Shown here: positions 48,001 through 60,326 of the stretch, piece after piece
How the letters are laid out: every line of letters starts with the position of its first letter
How positions within the stretch are numbered: position 1 is the stretch's first letter
Source of the DNA: Bilabrum cf. latius
Lineage: Eukaryota
Length of the DNA stretch: 64,000 nucleotides
Assembly: GCA_965178125.1 (NCBI GenBank)
Contig: OZ237760.1
Coordinates: forward strand, 496,001-560,000
Direction: 5' to 3'
The notes under the pieces: model-generated
Told to the model about the DNA's origin: nothing
The model's database searches: none
Seen by the model: the letters and a program-made list of their open reading frames with translations, nothing else
Program-made: the position numbers and the translations under genes

Positions 48001-50938
48001 CCGCGTCCTGATGGCTAGTCGTAGGCACAGTAACCGACCCAGCATCACTCCGGCTACTGGCGTCCCCTCCACCAGCCGCACCCAACTCTCCTGCTGCAGG
48101 TGTTTGCCTTGCCCCCATGATGTCGATACTGCTGGCGTGGGCGCTGCGGTTGCTTGACTCTCGGAGCCTGTCCCGGCTCACAGGGGTCTGCAGAGCCGTA
48201 GTGCTGGCAGCTGCATCCGGATCGATCGGTTTAAGAGGGGTGAGGTGGGACTTGATGCGAGCTTGAGCCGCAGCATCGACCTCGATAGAGCTCTCTGCAA
48301 GTCCTCGCTCGGTCCCGGTGGCATCAACAGCCGCGCCAAACGCCTCCTGTGCTGCAGCAGCTCCCTATGCCGTGTTCATGCGCTCAAGCTTGGTTCCCGG
48401 CTGCACTGGTGCTGACTCTGCTTTAACAAGTGGTGGCTTCTACAGACCAGAGCTAGTGGTTGTCGGCTTCGGTGGCCCTTCATGGGAGGAGTCAGGCCCC
48501 GCCTTTATCTCCTGTCGCTGCGAAGCAGCCCGAGTGACATCATTCGTTTGCCTGGCTTGCGCGGGCCCGTCCAGCACCTCCTCGAGTTTGTTCTCTCCGA
48601 ACACTAGCGCTGCTTGCACTGCCCCGCGCAACATGCCGCCGATTCCCGGTCCTTTGGTCTGGCTCTACCTCTCTCTTCGTCTCGACACGCCCGGAATTCG
48701 TGCCTGAGAAGCCGCGCCCTCACCCTCTCCACTCTCTGCCGATTCGGAAGACCTTAGTTTGGAGGCAGTTGGGCCTGCGAAGTGCCGCTTACCGCTCACC
48801 GACGTAGCTGTGTCGATCGGTGACAGCATGCCAGACCCCGCAATATTGCTCTGGGTATTTATCGAATCCCTCCGCCGGCGCCGGCCTCCCACAGCCGATG
48901 CCTCTTTCGGATTCGCTGCCGCTCTCACAATCTGTTGAACAGTGAGCCCAGCGAGGCTTCTCCTCCTGGACTTCTTTCCTCTGCCATCGAGAGTCTGCTT
49001 GGCCTTGCGTCGCAGCCGTGCCTTGCGGGCGAGCCGCTCCGCATTCTCCCGCCGCTCCTTGTCTTCGGTCGTCTCTCGGAACACGACCTTGACATTGGAT
49101 GGAACCACTGTTCCCTGGGCACCCTGTCCTTCTCGCGGTGACCCTATATCGCTCAGCCCTGAGCCTCCCCCACCCGCTTCGCCGCCACTGGCAGACTTGT
49201 GGGGATGCGGGGCATTGGCCAGCTGAATCTGCTGGTCTTGCGCCAGGGCCTGCTCGTTACCGTCTTGCAAGTCCGTGTGACTATCAGTCAGGTATTCGTC
49301 CCATGCGGTAGAGAACTCAGTCATCATGACTGATGTGAAGAGCGAAAGGATCAGCCAGTTGCTGATGCCGACCACCAGAACAAAGAAGGTCACGCTGGCT
49401 GGGAACTCCGCGTCCATGAACCAGTACACGAACACGGTCCAAAACTCCATCGTTGACGTGATGATTGTGACCAAGATGCCATTCCCGAAGCTGTGAGGAG
49501 GGGTGGGGTGGCAGAAGGGGGCAGGCGCAACGAGTCAATGCAGAGCACAGCAGCAAGAACTTGGCGCGGCACGGTCAAGCTGCGCACGTGAGTCTGTGGC
49601 AAGAGCAGGGTCGACGAATGACTCACTTGTCATACGAGTATATGTTCCCTACGCCTGGATTGGATAGGTTAGTGGCACACGTGAGCGAAGGGTCAATGCT
49701 CTCGCACAGCAGACCGCCCTTGTCTACATCCTCGTCCTTGTTGCAGAATAGCATGGTCTGGGGCTCCACCGGCTCAACCTCCTCGTATGTGGCACGCTGC
49801 GAGACATAAATGGGAACAAGCTAAATAAAATGCGTGTACAGTGAGCCCAACAAGGCAGCCGGTTGTGCGTTCAGGTAGGGGGAGGGGCAGGGGCAGGGGC
49901 GAAGCCTCCTAAACGTCTGGCTCGCCCGCCCTGTTCTCCACCGCAGGCCGGGGTTCTCACATCCACGCATCTGCGCCTGAGTGACTGCTGCAAAGTTTCG
50001 ATCCCCACCAGGGTGAACACCACATAGGAGAAGAACAAGATAGCCATGACATTGGCGAGCAGCCTAAGCCCAGAGACGAGTGCCCTGACGATCACAGGGA
50101 CCTGGTCCAGCCCAGGGACGTGTTTGAATGCTCGCAGCAGGCGGAGGGCTCGCAGAGATGCCAGATTGACCTGCTCGTCGTAGAGGGTGACCCCGCTTCG
50201 TTTCAGGAGGTCGAGGATGGTCACCACGAGCACCACAAAGTCAAGGACGTCGTACGCGCTCTCGAAGTAGCCCACCCACATTGTATCAGGCTCGCGCCTG
50301 TCCTCGATGGTATCATCTACCTCAAGGCCGCAATATTCTAACACTGTTTCGCCCTCCGGTTCCACTGGCTTGCCGTTGGTCTGCGAACTGCTCGTGTCCT
50401 CGCGCCCGCCCCGCTGGACAGAGCCACCTCCCAGCGCTGAAGCAGGATCAATCATGCGCCCAACTGATTCAACTGTACGAGGAGTTGTGAATACTACCAA
50501 CGTCTTGGCCTCAGCTTCTGCCAGGAGGTCATCCAATTGTTGCTGCGCTGCACTCGCAGAGGCGGCTGAAGCATCGTCCTCAAGCCATTTGTGCAAGCCA
50601 TACGGCGGCCAATGACGGAAGCAACCACGCCCACATATCTTAATTACAGCTTCTAAAATGAAATACACGCCCGCTATCGTTTCGACGAGTTCTGCGCCAG
50701 GGGGAACGATGCCTTCAGGATCGCCAGGACGATACACACGCATAGCCAACGTGACGATGGAAGCAATCACCGCAAATTGGGTGAATGCTTCAAAAATATA
50801 GTGCCTCTCTACTTCTCTCAGCAAGAAAGGGATACCTGTACAATAGTCGGCCTTCACAACAGCAACCTGTGGTGCAAATTCGGTTGATCGAGCGGAGTGC
50901 GCTCCATCCGGAGGCTATGTTGCAGGGCCATCAGACAT
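36086..50938 (-). CDS. Giant four-domain voltage-gated Ca2+ channel alpha-1 subunit (~4,850 aa); exons 49961-50938, 49627-49796 and 36086-49490
   Basis: Four S1-S6 repeats with S4 sensors (LRALRLLRAFK; FRAMRLLRALK; LRVLRLGRTARPLK; GRALRVARVLRFL). Pore motifs TMEFW, TGEGW, TLEGY and TGEDW (EEEE). EF-hand-like segment after DIV. Two GT-AG introns. About 20 ORF fragments in one frame joined only by TAG. TGA at 36086-36088. Confidence 0.9.
49491..49626 (-). other. Spliceosomal intron 2 of Ca2+ channel gene (136 bp)
   Basis: GACAA|gtgagt...ctcacag|CTTC restores YDNFGNG, the pore-helix entry of domain I. Confidence 0.85.
49797..49960 (-). other. Spliceosomal intron 1 of Ca2+ channel gene (164 bp)
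   Basis: GTGGAT|gtgaga...ctcgcag|CGT; phase 0, after RRRCVD. Confidence 0.75.
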
Positions 50939-51513
50939 CTGGCTAGCCTGTGTGCAAATTAAATAACTTCTGCACTTTGTTGCGCAGGCCACGACACAGT
51001 AGCTTTCGATTTGCTGGTAGCGATTCGTACGGCCACTTTTGTGCTGCCGTTTCATTTCTTCTTCTTCATAATTTGCATGCAAGAAGCCTGCACAGCAAGC
51101 AAGCGTCGTATGGTGCGTTGCCGCTCGATGTAGTGGACGACTAGCCTGGATCTACAGAATACTATTCTTCGTGAGGTCTCTCGAAAACCCCATGATTTGC
51201 CTAACATTCGATGAATTCGTCTGTGCTGAGGGATACAGCCTCCAATCCTGACGAACACGTCAGCGGTGGGAAAGGGGGTTAGAAGTACTTAACATAGAAT
51301 AGATTGACCGATGGCTTGGACTGATTAGTCTGCCAATCTCAATCCTGCCCGAAATATGAGGTCCACCCGCTTCAACCGAGGGACACGGTCCTGGCCCTCC
51401 CGTCTGCGTGCCAGTGGATCCGCTCGAACGTGAGGCATGTTCCAGTCCACGAGATGACAAAAATCATTTTGCAATACTACAACGATATTAGACGATTCCA
51501 TGCATTGAAACGT

Positions 51514-53628
51514 ATGGAAAGCCTTCATTATAATATTTCTGTGGTTTCAGAACCACGCAAGCGGCATCACCAAACCCTGAGCAAGCGGGAGCAGGCATCA
51601 AAGAAGAACGCTGGCTTAATTGAAGAAGTTGACCACGCACCCTTACTCCCAACGAGTGACAGCCATAGTAGCGAATCGAGACATAGTAATGATCCAGGGG
51701 ACACGTCTTACGCAGAAGTATTTGCCCTTACATCGGCTGAATGTGCATCAGAGCTTGGTGTAGGTTTGGGTTATTTCGTAATTTTGGTATTGACTAGATC
51801 CTAGCCCACAGATGAGCTATCCGGTCTTGTGTTTGTCACCATATTTGAAGAATTAAGTGTGCTGATTGTTAGTGCGATGTCTAGCGGTGTTGCGATCTCT
51901 TTAATCGAATACATCGAGGCAAAGGATTCGATGGGTGCGGCAGCTGGTAGACTGGGAATCACGGTGTCAGCATTCACTTCAGTTATTATAGGCATGACAA
52001 TCATCATTGTGGTGCAGCCACTCATTGTGCGCGGAGCGGGTCTCAGCTCGGATGCAATTGCGGTTGTGGACGCGGCTGTGATTCCAATGTGCTTCACACT
52101 GTTGCCGGCTACATTGGAGAGAGTCTTGGGTAACATGCTGAGCGCGATGGATGCATTCGTAGGACTCGCATTGACAGGGATGTCAGATGCTGCCATTGGC
52201 GTCGCTGTCTTTGCCGTGCTGCAGCGGTGGATGGGAGTGAGGGCATACCCATGGGCCTCGCTCCTCAAGAGCCTCGTGGCAATGTGCGTCGCTGCCTACA
52301 TGGTGCATTGGGCCGACGCAACGGAGGGCGACGACATCGACTGCATGGAATGCTTGCCTGGGCAAGTGACCAGCTTGTGCAGACGTTGTTGCTCAGAGCC
52401 CGAGGGAATAGGTCAGGCAGATGGCCCCGAGGGTACCGGCCCCCGGGGGGGCATCGGTGATGATGCTGGGGTGTAGAGGGGTGTCCCATTCGCAGGCAAT
52501 GTACAGGCTGCAGATGGGAACGACGCGACGGATGCACAGTAGAATGCAGAGGCTAGCACTGGTGCTAGGAATGAATTGGCTGGGTCGGGTAACAAGGCGG
52601 ACTTGAACGGTGCGACAAAGCCAGCCAAAGAAGTAGGTGGTTCGCCGGCACCTGGCGACTTGTCCGCCGGATCCCATGCAAATACTGATGAAGAGAATGC
52701 AGCCAGTTATGACATGGAGGATGGAAGACTCCAGCTTGGGAGTGAGCCTGCTAGCACGCCAGTTGCACGTGTCAAGCAAGCAGAGACACCTGGCGCAGGG
52801 GATGAGAAAGGCGAAGGGGGTCGCTTAGGCAACGGAAGCATTGGAAGCGAGGAGAAGGATGGCCCCCGGTACACTGATGTGTGGATCCCCTGCGACGACA
52901 AGTCGTGGGTGACGGCTCGCGACCTGGTGCTCGTGATGGGCTTGCCGTCAGCGGGGTTCGTATCTGTTGAGCTGCTTAGCCACTACTTCATCGCAGTGAT
53001 TGCAGGGACGGTGAGTGCTTCTGAAGTTGTAGCCGTAAGGATCGTCGAAGGATTTATGTGGCCGGCCCAAATCATCACAATGTCGGTACTGGAGGCGGTG
53101 GCGGCTCGGACGGCCGTGTATCTTGCGGCGCATTAGGAGGTGGATGCAACCACGCTGCAAGGGAGGGCAACGAACATGGTGTTGGTGCTGGCGCTTTTTC
53201 TTGCAGCAACCGCTGCGCTACTTCCGCCAGACGTATTGGCGTACCCCTTCTACAACGAGTGCCAAGGCTTGGACGCGGAATGCCAGGGCGCCGTGATTCG
53301 AGCGAAGCCTTTCACTGTGTTGGCTCTCATAGTTCTGTGTGTTGATGCAGTTAGGATATCAGACCAGCTGCTGATGAGAGCAATGATGCACACGGTGGAG
53401 CCTTTAGTAGCACAGACGGTATGCGTAGCTGGCGGTATGGGCCTAGGCTGGTGGTTTGCCCAGTACGTGGGAGGCGTCGGTATGGGCACTGCGGGTGCAC
53501 TCCTTGGGCGCGCTGTCGGCAGCATAGCATGCGCAGTGACGATGCGGTATTTGCTAAACTCGACACTTCTTTCTAGAAAGAAAGGGTCGCACGACGCGTC
53601 ATGCTCGTCTTGGCTATGGAAGTGCTGA
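51514..53628 (+). CDS. Multi-pass membrane transporter, probably MATE/MOP flippase superfamily, ~704 aa (alternative start 51454)
   Basis: Two blocks of ~6 hydrophobic helices separated by a hydrophilic loop. Fragments 51430-51804, 51829-52476, 52576-53136 and 53140-53628 are in frame through TAGs. The family call rests on topology and weak motif resemblance only. Confidence 0.55.
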
Positions 53629-53864
53629 GCACTTTTCCGGGGTACGGTTAGGTTCTTCTCGCTGCTGCAATGTCTCTAGGCCATGTGCAAGCAGCAAATC
53701 CAGTCCTAGATTCTGACAGACAAATCCATTGGATGCAGCAGTTAACACCGTCAGCGTTGCCCACGTCAGGTGTAGCCATACTTAAGAAGATCCCAACCAA
53801 CATCCGGGATTAACATTTATAGCAAACACAACAACACTCCACAAAGTCCGTGGATCCTGGATTA

Positions 53865-56800
53865 TCACTAGTTTCCCAATGCTGGGTCCCAAGAAGTGTG
53901 AAGCACGATGCCTGGTCGAAGAGAGACAACCGTGCGGTCCCGTGCCCCAACTTGTCCCCAAGAAGAACCACGAGCAGTGGGCCTCCCGCGTTCCCCACCA
54001 ACAGCATAATCCTAACGGTACAGTACCGTCGGCTGTCTGCGCCCACTGACTGCTTCGTGAGAGTCCACCTACCGAGATTGCCTTGCATGCTGCGGGCCTG
54101 CCTAAGCGGAATCCACTCTCGCCGCGTGCCTCCCGGCTTGCGAGTTCGTGGTGCGACGCTTCCCCTGACCCTATATCAAAATCTCGCGGCGCTCTGCCTC
54201 TCGCCTCTTCCTTGCGCGGGACCTTGCCCTTGCAACCGCCCGGTCTCTAGCAGCTTCCCGTTTTCTGAGCTCAGCAACTCTGGCTGCTCGGGGATCGATT
54301 TGTACCTAGCGTCGAGGCCGGCCGTGAGCCGCACCACCAACCGTCCTACCAACATCGCCTCCCTCGTGGCGCGCCGAACCATGCAACGGTGCCCGGGCTC
54401 CCGCTGGTCTCGTTCTCCCTCGAGCAGCAGCCCTCGACCTAGCACGATGGGGGCGAGCCTCAGCACCGCCAAGCCCTCTACCCTTGGGTGCGCCTTCCCT
54501 GGGCTATGGACGTCTTAGCCGGTCCTACCGGCCTGCACCTTTGCCAGCAGGAGGACTAGGCAGCCCCCACGCGTCAATCTCGTCCTCAGCTGCGTGACGT
54601 CGCTGCACGGCATGCGATACTCTGGTGTCTGCTTGCCCACCGTTGCCAGCGTGTGCCCCTCTGTGCTGCATCGAATGGCCACCGGCTTGCCCGGACGTGA
54701 TGCTGCGGTTTGACCCTCGCCGTGCTGCTCTCTCCGTCTGCGTTGAACCATCAGCTCGTGAAGCTGCGTGTCCACCGGCGTGTCGTGATGGGCCGGCGCG
54801 ATCGGGTGAGCCGGGACCAAGCGGCGTGAGTCCTATGGATGCGTCGGAGAGAGCTGCAGTATTCCACGAGAGCCGACGAGGCCGGGCACCTACATCCAAA
54901 ACATCATTACTGCTGCCAACGGCAACGCCGCGGGGTTCCGTGCGACCGGCAAGTCCACCGTCAGTCTCATCTTCCTGGTACTCTCTCCTGGACGGGTTGG
55001 CGTACATGATCTTGTCCAACGGCATGTCGGTTTGCGTCCCGGCGTCGAAACCCGAGCTTACCGCCGAGACAGCCGTGCCAGAACCCGGCTCGTGCAGATG
55101 CGGTAATGGCAGGGCCCTGGGGTCGGGTGCTTTCGTAGCCATAGCTTGCTTGCCACTGTCTTGGCTAGGTAGAGGAGCAGGCTCGCCCCGAAGAACCATC
55201 GCTTTGGAATGCCCCTTCAATGGGTAAGGCGAAGTGATATTTCCACCGGTGGCACCGCTTTGTAAGTTACCGCTGCTCCTGTCACCCTCTCGTTGTCGAG
55301 ATAGTGTGAGCTGAACTCGAAGCTGGCTGGGAGCTGCCATACTTGCATTCCTTGCGCGTGGCTGGTCCGCTTGCGACTGCTTTGTGCCTGTTGGATGCCG
55401 GTTGGATTTGTACATTCTTCCTACTTCTATGGTCTGATCGGCAGGTCTGGCTCGACGTTGCAAGTCGGATTCATCCTCTTCAACTTCTTCTGGGATGGCA
55501 GGGCTGATCGGAAGGCTCGCATCACGATACGACATGCGCTTGGCAGGGCTCGTAAGCGACTCGTCGTCCGAGTCCAGCTCAAGCACACGCTTCGGCACTT
55601 TTACACCTGCCGCTGCAGCGACCGCACCCGCCGTAGAATTCAGCAAATAGCGGGATTCTGACGAAGTACCACGAACGCGGTCTTGCGCATGTCCTGAGCG
55701 CGCGGGCTGCTACAAGTCCGATCCTGACAAGGCACGGCCTGTTCTGTTCCCGACGCTGAATTTCGCAGAGACAGACACTCGCTCTATGGGCGCAGCGGAC
55801 GTCCCAGGTTTGCGGCCGTTTGCGACAGCTTCAAAGGACTGGCTATCTGAGCTGCCTTCAGTTGCTCGTCGCTTCTGCGGCGGGGTCATGGAAGCCTCGA
55901 GTGCAGTAGCGACTGCATCCAGCAGCTCGGCTTGGTGCGCCTCTCGCTTCTCCCTAGCCTCTCGCAGCTGCAACAGGATGTCGCCCTTCCTCGCATCCTC
56001 GGCGCGAGCACCGATGCCACCGCCAGTGCCATCGTCCTGGAAAGCCGCGAGATATGGCATGGCTCGTGCGTGCGAGGATATAGAAGCACTTGGGCTAGCG
56101 CTGCTGTGGCTGCTCCCGTAGTGAGAGTCGCTGCCGGCACCTGCAGCCTTGTATGCAGGGCCGTGGGCGAGTCTGTGCAGCATCTAACTGACAGCAATGG
56201 AGTCCTGCTAGTGAGATGCCGCCATGTCTTGCACTGCTTTCCAGGCCCGTTTGGATGCTGGAGAGGTGAAGTCCGCCTGAATCGGTGGCTACGCTAGGTT
56301 TTCTGCAGCATTCGCGTCGTATTGTGGCTTGATGCTACTGACCCTGCGTGCTTTCATCGACTTCTGGTCATTGCTTGGCTGACATTCTACGTCTCGTTGG
56401 CGCTGCGTGCTGGGCTCACTTGCCACGGCCCGTCGGGGTGGGGGCTCATGAAGGGTGGGAGCAAGGTGCTAACTCTTGGCTCCTTCGTCGCTGATTGCTG
56501 ACTTCTACTCTGCTTCACTCGGCCGACTTGTCGCGACGCTTTCTGCCAGCTGCTGCTCGTCGTCCGAGTCCACCAATTCGATAACGTCGTCATCATCATC
56601 GCTGTCTGAGGGAATATCAGTGTCATCCTCATCATCACTTTTGGACGCTGTAGCAGCACCACCCCGACGATCACCACTGATAGAAGTCCGGCTTCTACTC
56701 TGAGCAAGCTCTCGAGCGGCTTGCATCGCCCGCTTGGCAGCCATTCTGTCGACATTCTCCTCACCGCGTTCCTGCTGCTGCGGACCATCGTGCTCGACTG

Positions 56801-59800
56801 GCAGCTCGGCAGCACTCTCACCGAATTGCACCATGTCGGTCCCAAGGCTGTGCAAGCTGCTATCAAGAGAAGGTCCATTGGACACAGCTGGCATCGCAGG
56901 GGCGGGGGACGACTGCTTCACGCCACCGTTCGAGTCCGATAGAAGCCCCGCGGCGCGCTGGCTTTCCAGCAGCGCCTGTTGAGCAGCGAGCATGGCAGTC
57001 CTGGCACGCAACACGTCGGACTCGATGGAATCTTCGGGCAGCGAATCGGACTCACTAGCATCTCGGCGAGCATTGCCTGCAGTTAGCCCCTCAGGTGCGT
57101 CGTCGGACAACGGGCCCTCCGGCTGCCCAGGCGGCGGCGACAGCACTGTGGGTGTGGCCTCCAGCGCACTCGTAGCCGGTCGTGTCTTTTGTCCGCTTGG
57201 CACGGGTGCGCTTCGAAGGGGGCTGGCCAGGGGATTTGTCGCAGACGTGTCGCCGGCATAGAGCCTCCCCGACATGGCGGCATCTAGCTGGGCAATGGCA
57301 AGCGAAGCAGCAGCTGCCGCGTGTCGAGCTGAATCGGCCAACCCATGACCAGAGGACGCAAGGGAGTCGACAGCATCGGCGAGCTCTGAATCTATCGCTT
57401 TGTCATCGCTGCTTGCATCCTCAGTCTTGCCACTGATTTGTGCCGACCCATCTTCCCGGGATGCAGTATCAGGTGCACTCGCGCTTACTGAAATCGCTTG
57501 GAAGCCGCTGCTAGGGGCCTTGCCTGTGGAAATCGCAGCAGGTTTGACGCCTGAAACTCCAGCGTCCTGTCGGGGCGTAGCTTTCATGCCGTTCGAAACC
57601 GTTTGGACGTCGCCGGACGTTTGACCTTGCTGCTCGCCAGCCACGATTTGCTGTGCTCTGCGGAGCACATCGCTGATGCGCGGAGGAGACGCCAAGAAAG
57701 ACAGGCCAGTGAGGCCATCCGGCTCCTCCTCTTCTGTGGCGTCCAAGCTCCGCCTCTGTGCCATTTCCTGCCTCGCTGGGCTCGGAGGATTCGGGGGGCG
57801 CCTGTCCGAATCTGCCCGTCGGTCGTCCGGTTTCAGCAGCGGCAGGGGCAGCCGGTCTGCCGGCCGTGGTTTGTCCATGCTAGCGTTGTTGCTGGTAAGT
57901 CCACCAGGCTGCAGTAGCGACGGCTGCACCTGTCGCGAAAGGCCGATGTCTCGACTCCGCAGGACGCCGGCTGGTGGCGGCGTGGCGGGCAGCGGACGGA
58001 GGTGGCCCCCTGGCGTCGTTAGCCGGCGGTTCTCAGCGTGGGCACCCTTCAATTCCGTTGATGCCTAGTCAATGCGAAGTGGAGTGCTACCCGCGTCTTG
58101 AAGACGACCGGCCGCGTCGGGGTTCATTAGCAAAACGCCTGCGTCGGGCATCGGCGTCTTGGGTCGCAGTGACCTGTCTGGAGTCGGGCGGCGGCTCGAG
58201 CCTGCTGATCGAGTGCGACCTGCATCTCGCGAGTGTCCGGGGCTGGCACCTCTTCGGTTCTTACGCGGCGGAGCGCCGGACGCATGGCCTCGAGTCGGTG
58301 GTCCGCCCGGTTCTGTCGCCATCCGCCACTCTCCATCGCCAGCATTAGACTCGGTACACAGGCACGTTGCCATGACAAGCTTGCCTAGGGCGAGCAGGCG
58401 CTGGGTCACCGTGAAGGCCCTCGGGGAGTGGACGGCCCCTGCCGTTGCCATGGCGATAGCACCAGCGTGCCCGCTCGTTGCTGCCTAATGCATGCACTAG
58501 AGCGACTGCATCGACAACCTGTCGTACTGCGCCAGCAGGTCAAAGGCGCAAGGCAACGCCCGCGCAAGCAGAGTCGCTGGCTTGGGTGCCGGTGAGTCAG
58601 CAGGTTGAGAAGAGGCTGTTGATGTGGCATCAGCTTCGGCTGGTTCATCGGGTGCACTCTCTTTGTCTTGGCTACCATCTGTAGGTATACTTGCGACAAC
58701 CGCTGCAGCCTGTCCGGAGCCCGAGGCAGAGTGCTGCATCCGCCGCGCGTCACACACTTCCTCTGCCCAGCACGAGGCCATGTTGCCGGCGACACTCTCC
58801 GTCGACACAGGAGCAAGTAGAGTCTACGCTTTTCCGGATCCCTCTTTCGCCGAAGCCAGCCGAGCTCTAGCTGGCCTTCGAAGGACGTCAAGCTCTGCCT
58901 GCACCGCGGCGCGCCCTTGCTGCTGGCACCAGTCCCCGAAGGCTGGCAGGCGGGTGGAGCACGATGACCTCACGGCCTGGTGGTATGGCTATCGGCACCA
59001 ACGGTGTGACGAGTGCAATTTTGCTGCTCGTCCGTCGCTGGGACGCTCGTCACGCTGGCTAGCTGCGTCCCTGACAGCTGCAACCCAAGCCCGCATCAGC
59101 AGCAGGTCCTCCGTCCCAACCCGGGCGCGAAGCATGGCCGCTTTGAAGGCCACGGGAGAGACTGCAGCAAGTCGGCCCATGGCACTGGCTGCCAACGCGC
59201 TGGACCAGCCGTGCCTGTCACGGGGAAGGACCGAAGTGCCGGGCCTCGATTCAGTGCCGGCGACCGCCTGCGTGTCTGCCCCAGCCTGCGTGGCCCAGTG
59301 CCAGGCCAGCAGCCAGCCCCAAGTCCACGGTGGTGATTTATGGTTCAGGCTAGATGTTAGATTCTGGGCGGCGGTACTGGGGCCAGGGCCGACATCTCCG
59401 CCAGCTTGGCCTAATGTGTAGTCGTTCGGCGGTGCGGCACTGTCGTCAAGCAGGCACTATGTCGCTATTGAGCCGTGGGATTCGGCTTGATGCGCTATCT
59501 TTGGACGGCGAGAGCTAGGAAGTAGCATACACGTGCATGCAAACACAAAACATTCTGCGAAACAAAGGCAAGAGGGGTTGCTGGCAGGTGCTTGCAAGAC
59601 CGAGTGAAGTGCAAGCACGGGATACAAGATCCTCACCGTCAGGTCCAAGGAGTCCCACGCCGTGCTTATCTAAACTATAAAACAACTAATCTGCCGCGTC
59701 CATCCAAGATGCATCTACGCCTGAGTTCATCATGATGATGCTGTTTCGCTCGAAGCTGATGCAAGCCAAGGCATGGCAGACCGCTTTTCGATCCATTCCT

Positions 59801-60150
59801 CGGGCTTCTAGGGCAGTGGCCATAATATTCACTTTAGACCAAGCCCATTGACTTGATCCAGCTCTTGCATTGCGCATTGCACCCGCCGGAACGTCTACCA
59901 GTGAGTCGGGGCTCGAACTATGGCTGTCCAGAATCTTCGCTTGCGGAGGGCTATGGCCCGGATTGCCGCGAAAAATGCCTGTGCTAGCATTAATTTCTCG
60001 TCTCAGAGCGTCAGTTGCGCCACCAGATTCGATGTGGCTCTGCAATGCATCCAGCACTGAGTACATGTAGATTGGCTCTCCGGACAGATGGAAGGCCGTA
60101 AGGGCCTCCCATACGGCAACCACCCGCCACTTTAACGAGGCCTAGTTCAT
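53865..60150 (-). CDS. Large hypothetical protein (~2,070 aa) with N-terminal EF-hand-like motif and long low-complexity tail; intron 59555-59636; ends TAG-TGA-TAA
   Basis: ATG 60150 (MN*ASLKWRVVAVWEAL). AAD*LFYSLDKHGVGLLGPD|ECFVF spans a phase-1 gtgagg...tcgcag intron. The remaining fragments share one frame with only TAG interruptions. Confidence 0.65.
59555..59636 (-). other. Spliceosomal intron in EF-hand protein gene (82 bp)
   Basis: GACG|gtgagg...tttcgcag|AA restores the EF-loop terminal Glu. Confidence 0.7.
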
Positions 60151-60326
60151 CGTACAACAGATGTATACGGTTTAGAGTGATTCAGTCGTGATCTAGGCTT
60201 GTCCCACAAGCAGCCAACCGTTTGTCTATTCTGTACATTGCACCTCCGTGCACTGCATCTAGCAAAACCCGCAATTTTTAAATTGGGCAAATGTGGCCCC
60301 GCCTCACGGGCAGCACGACCAGCCGC

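Noticed and set aside
50950-51460. Short ORFs in the AT-richer spacer between the channel and transporter genes
   Set aside because: No recognisable motifs; most likely divergent promoter or UTR sequence.
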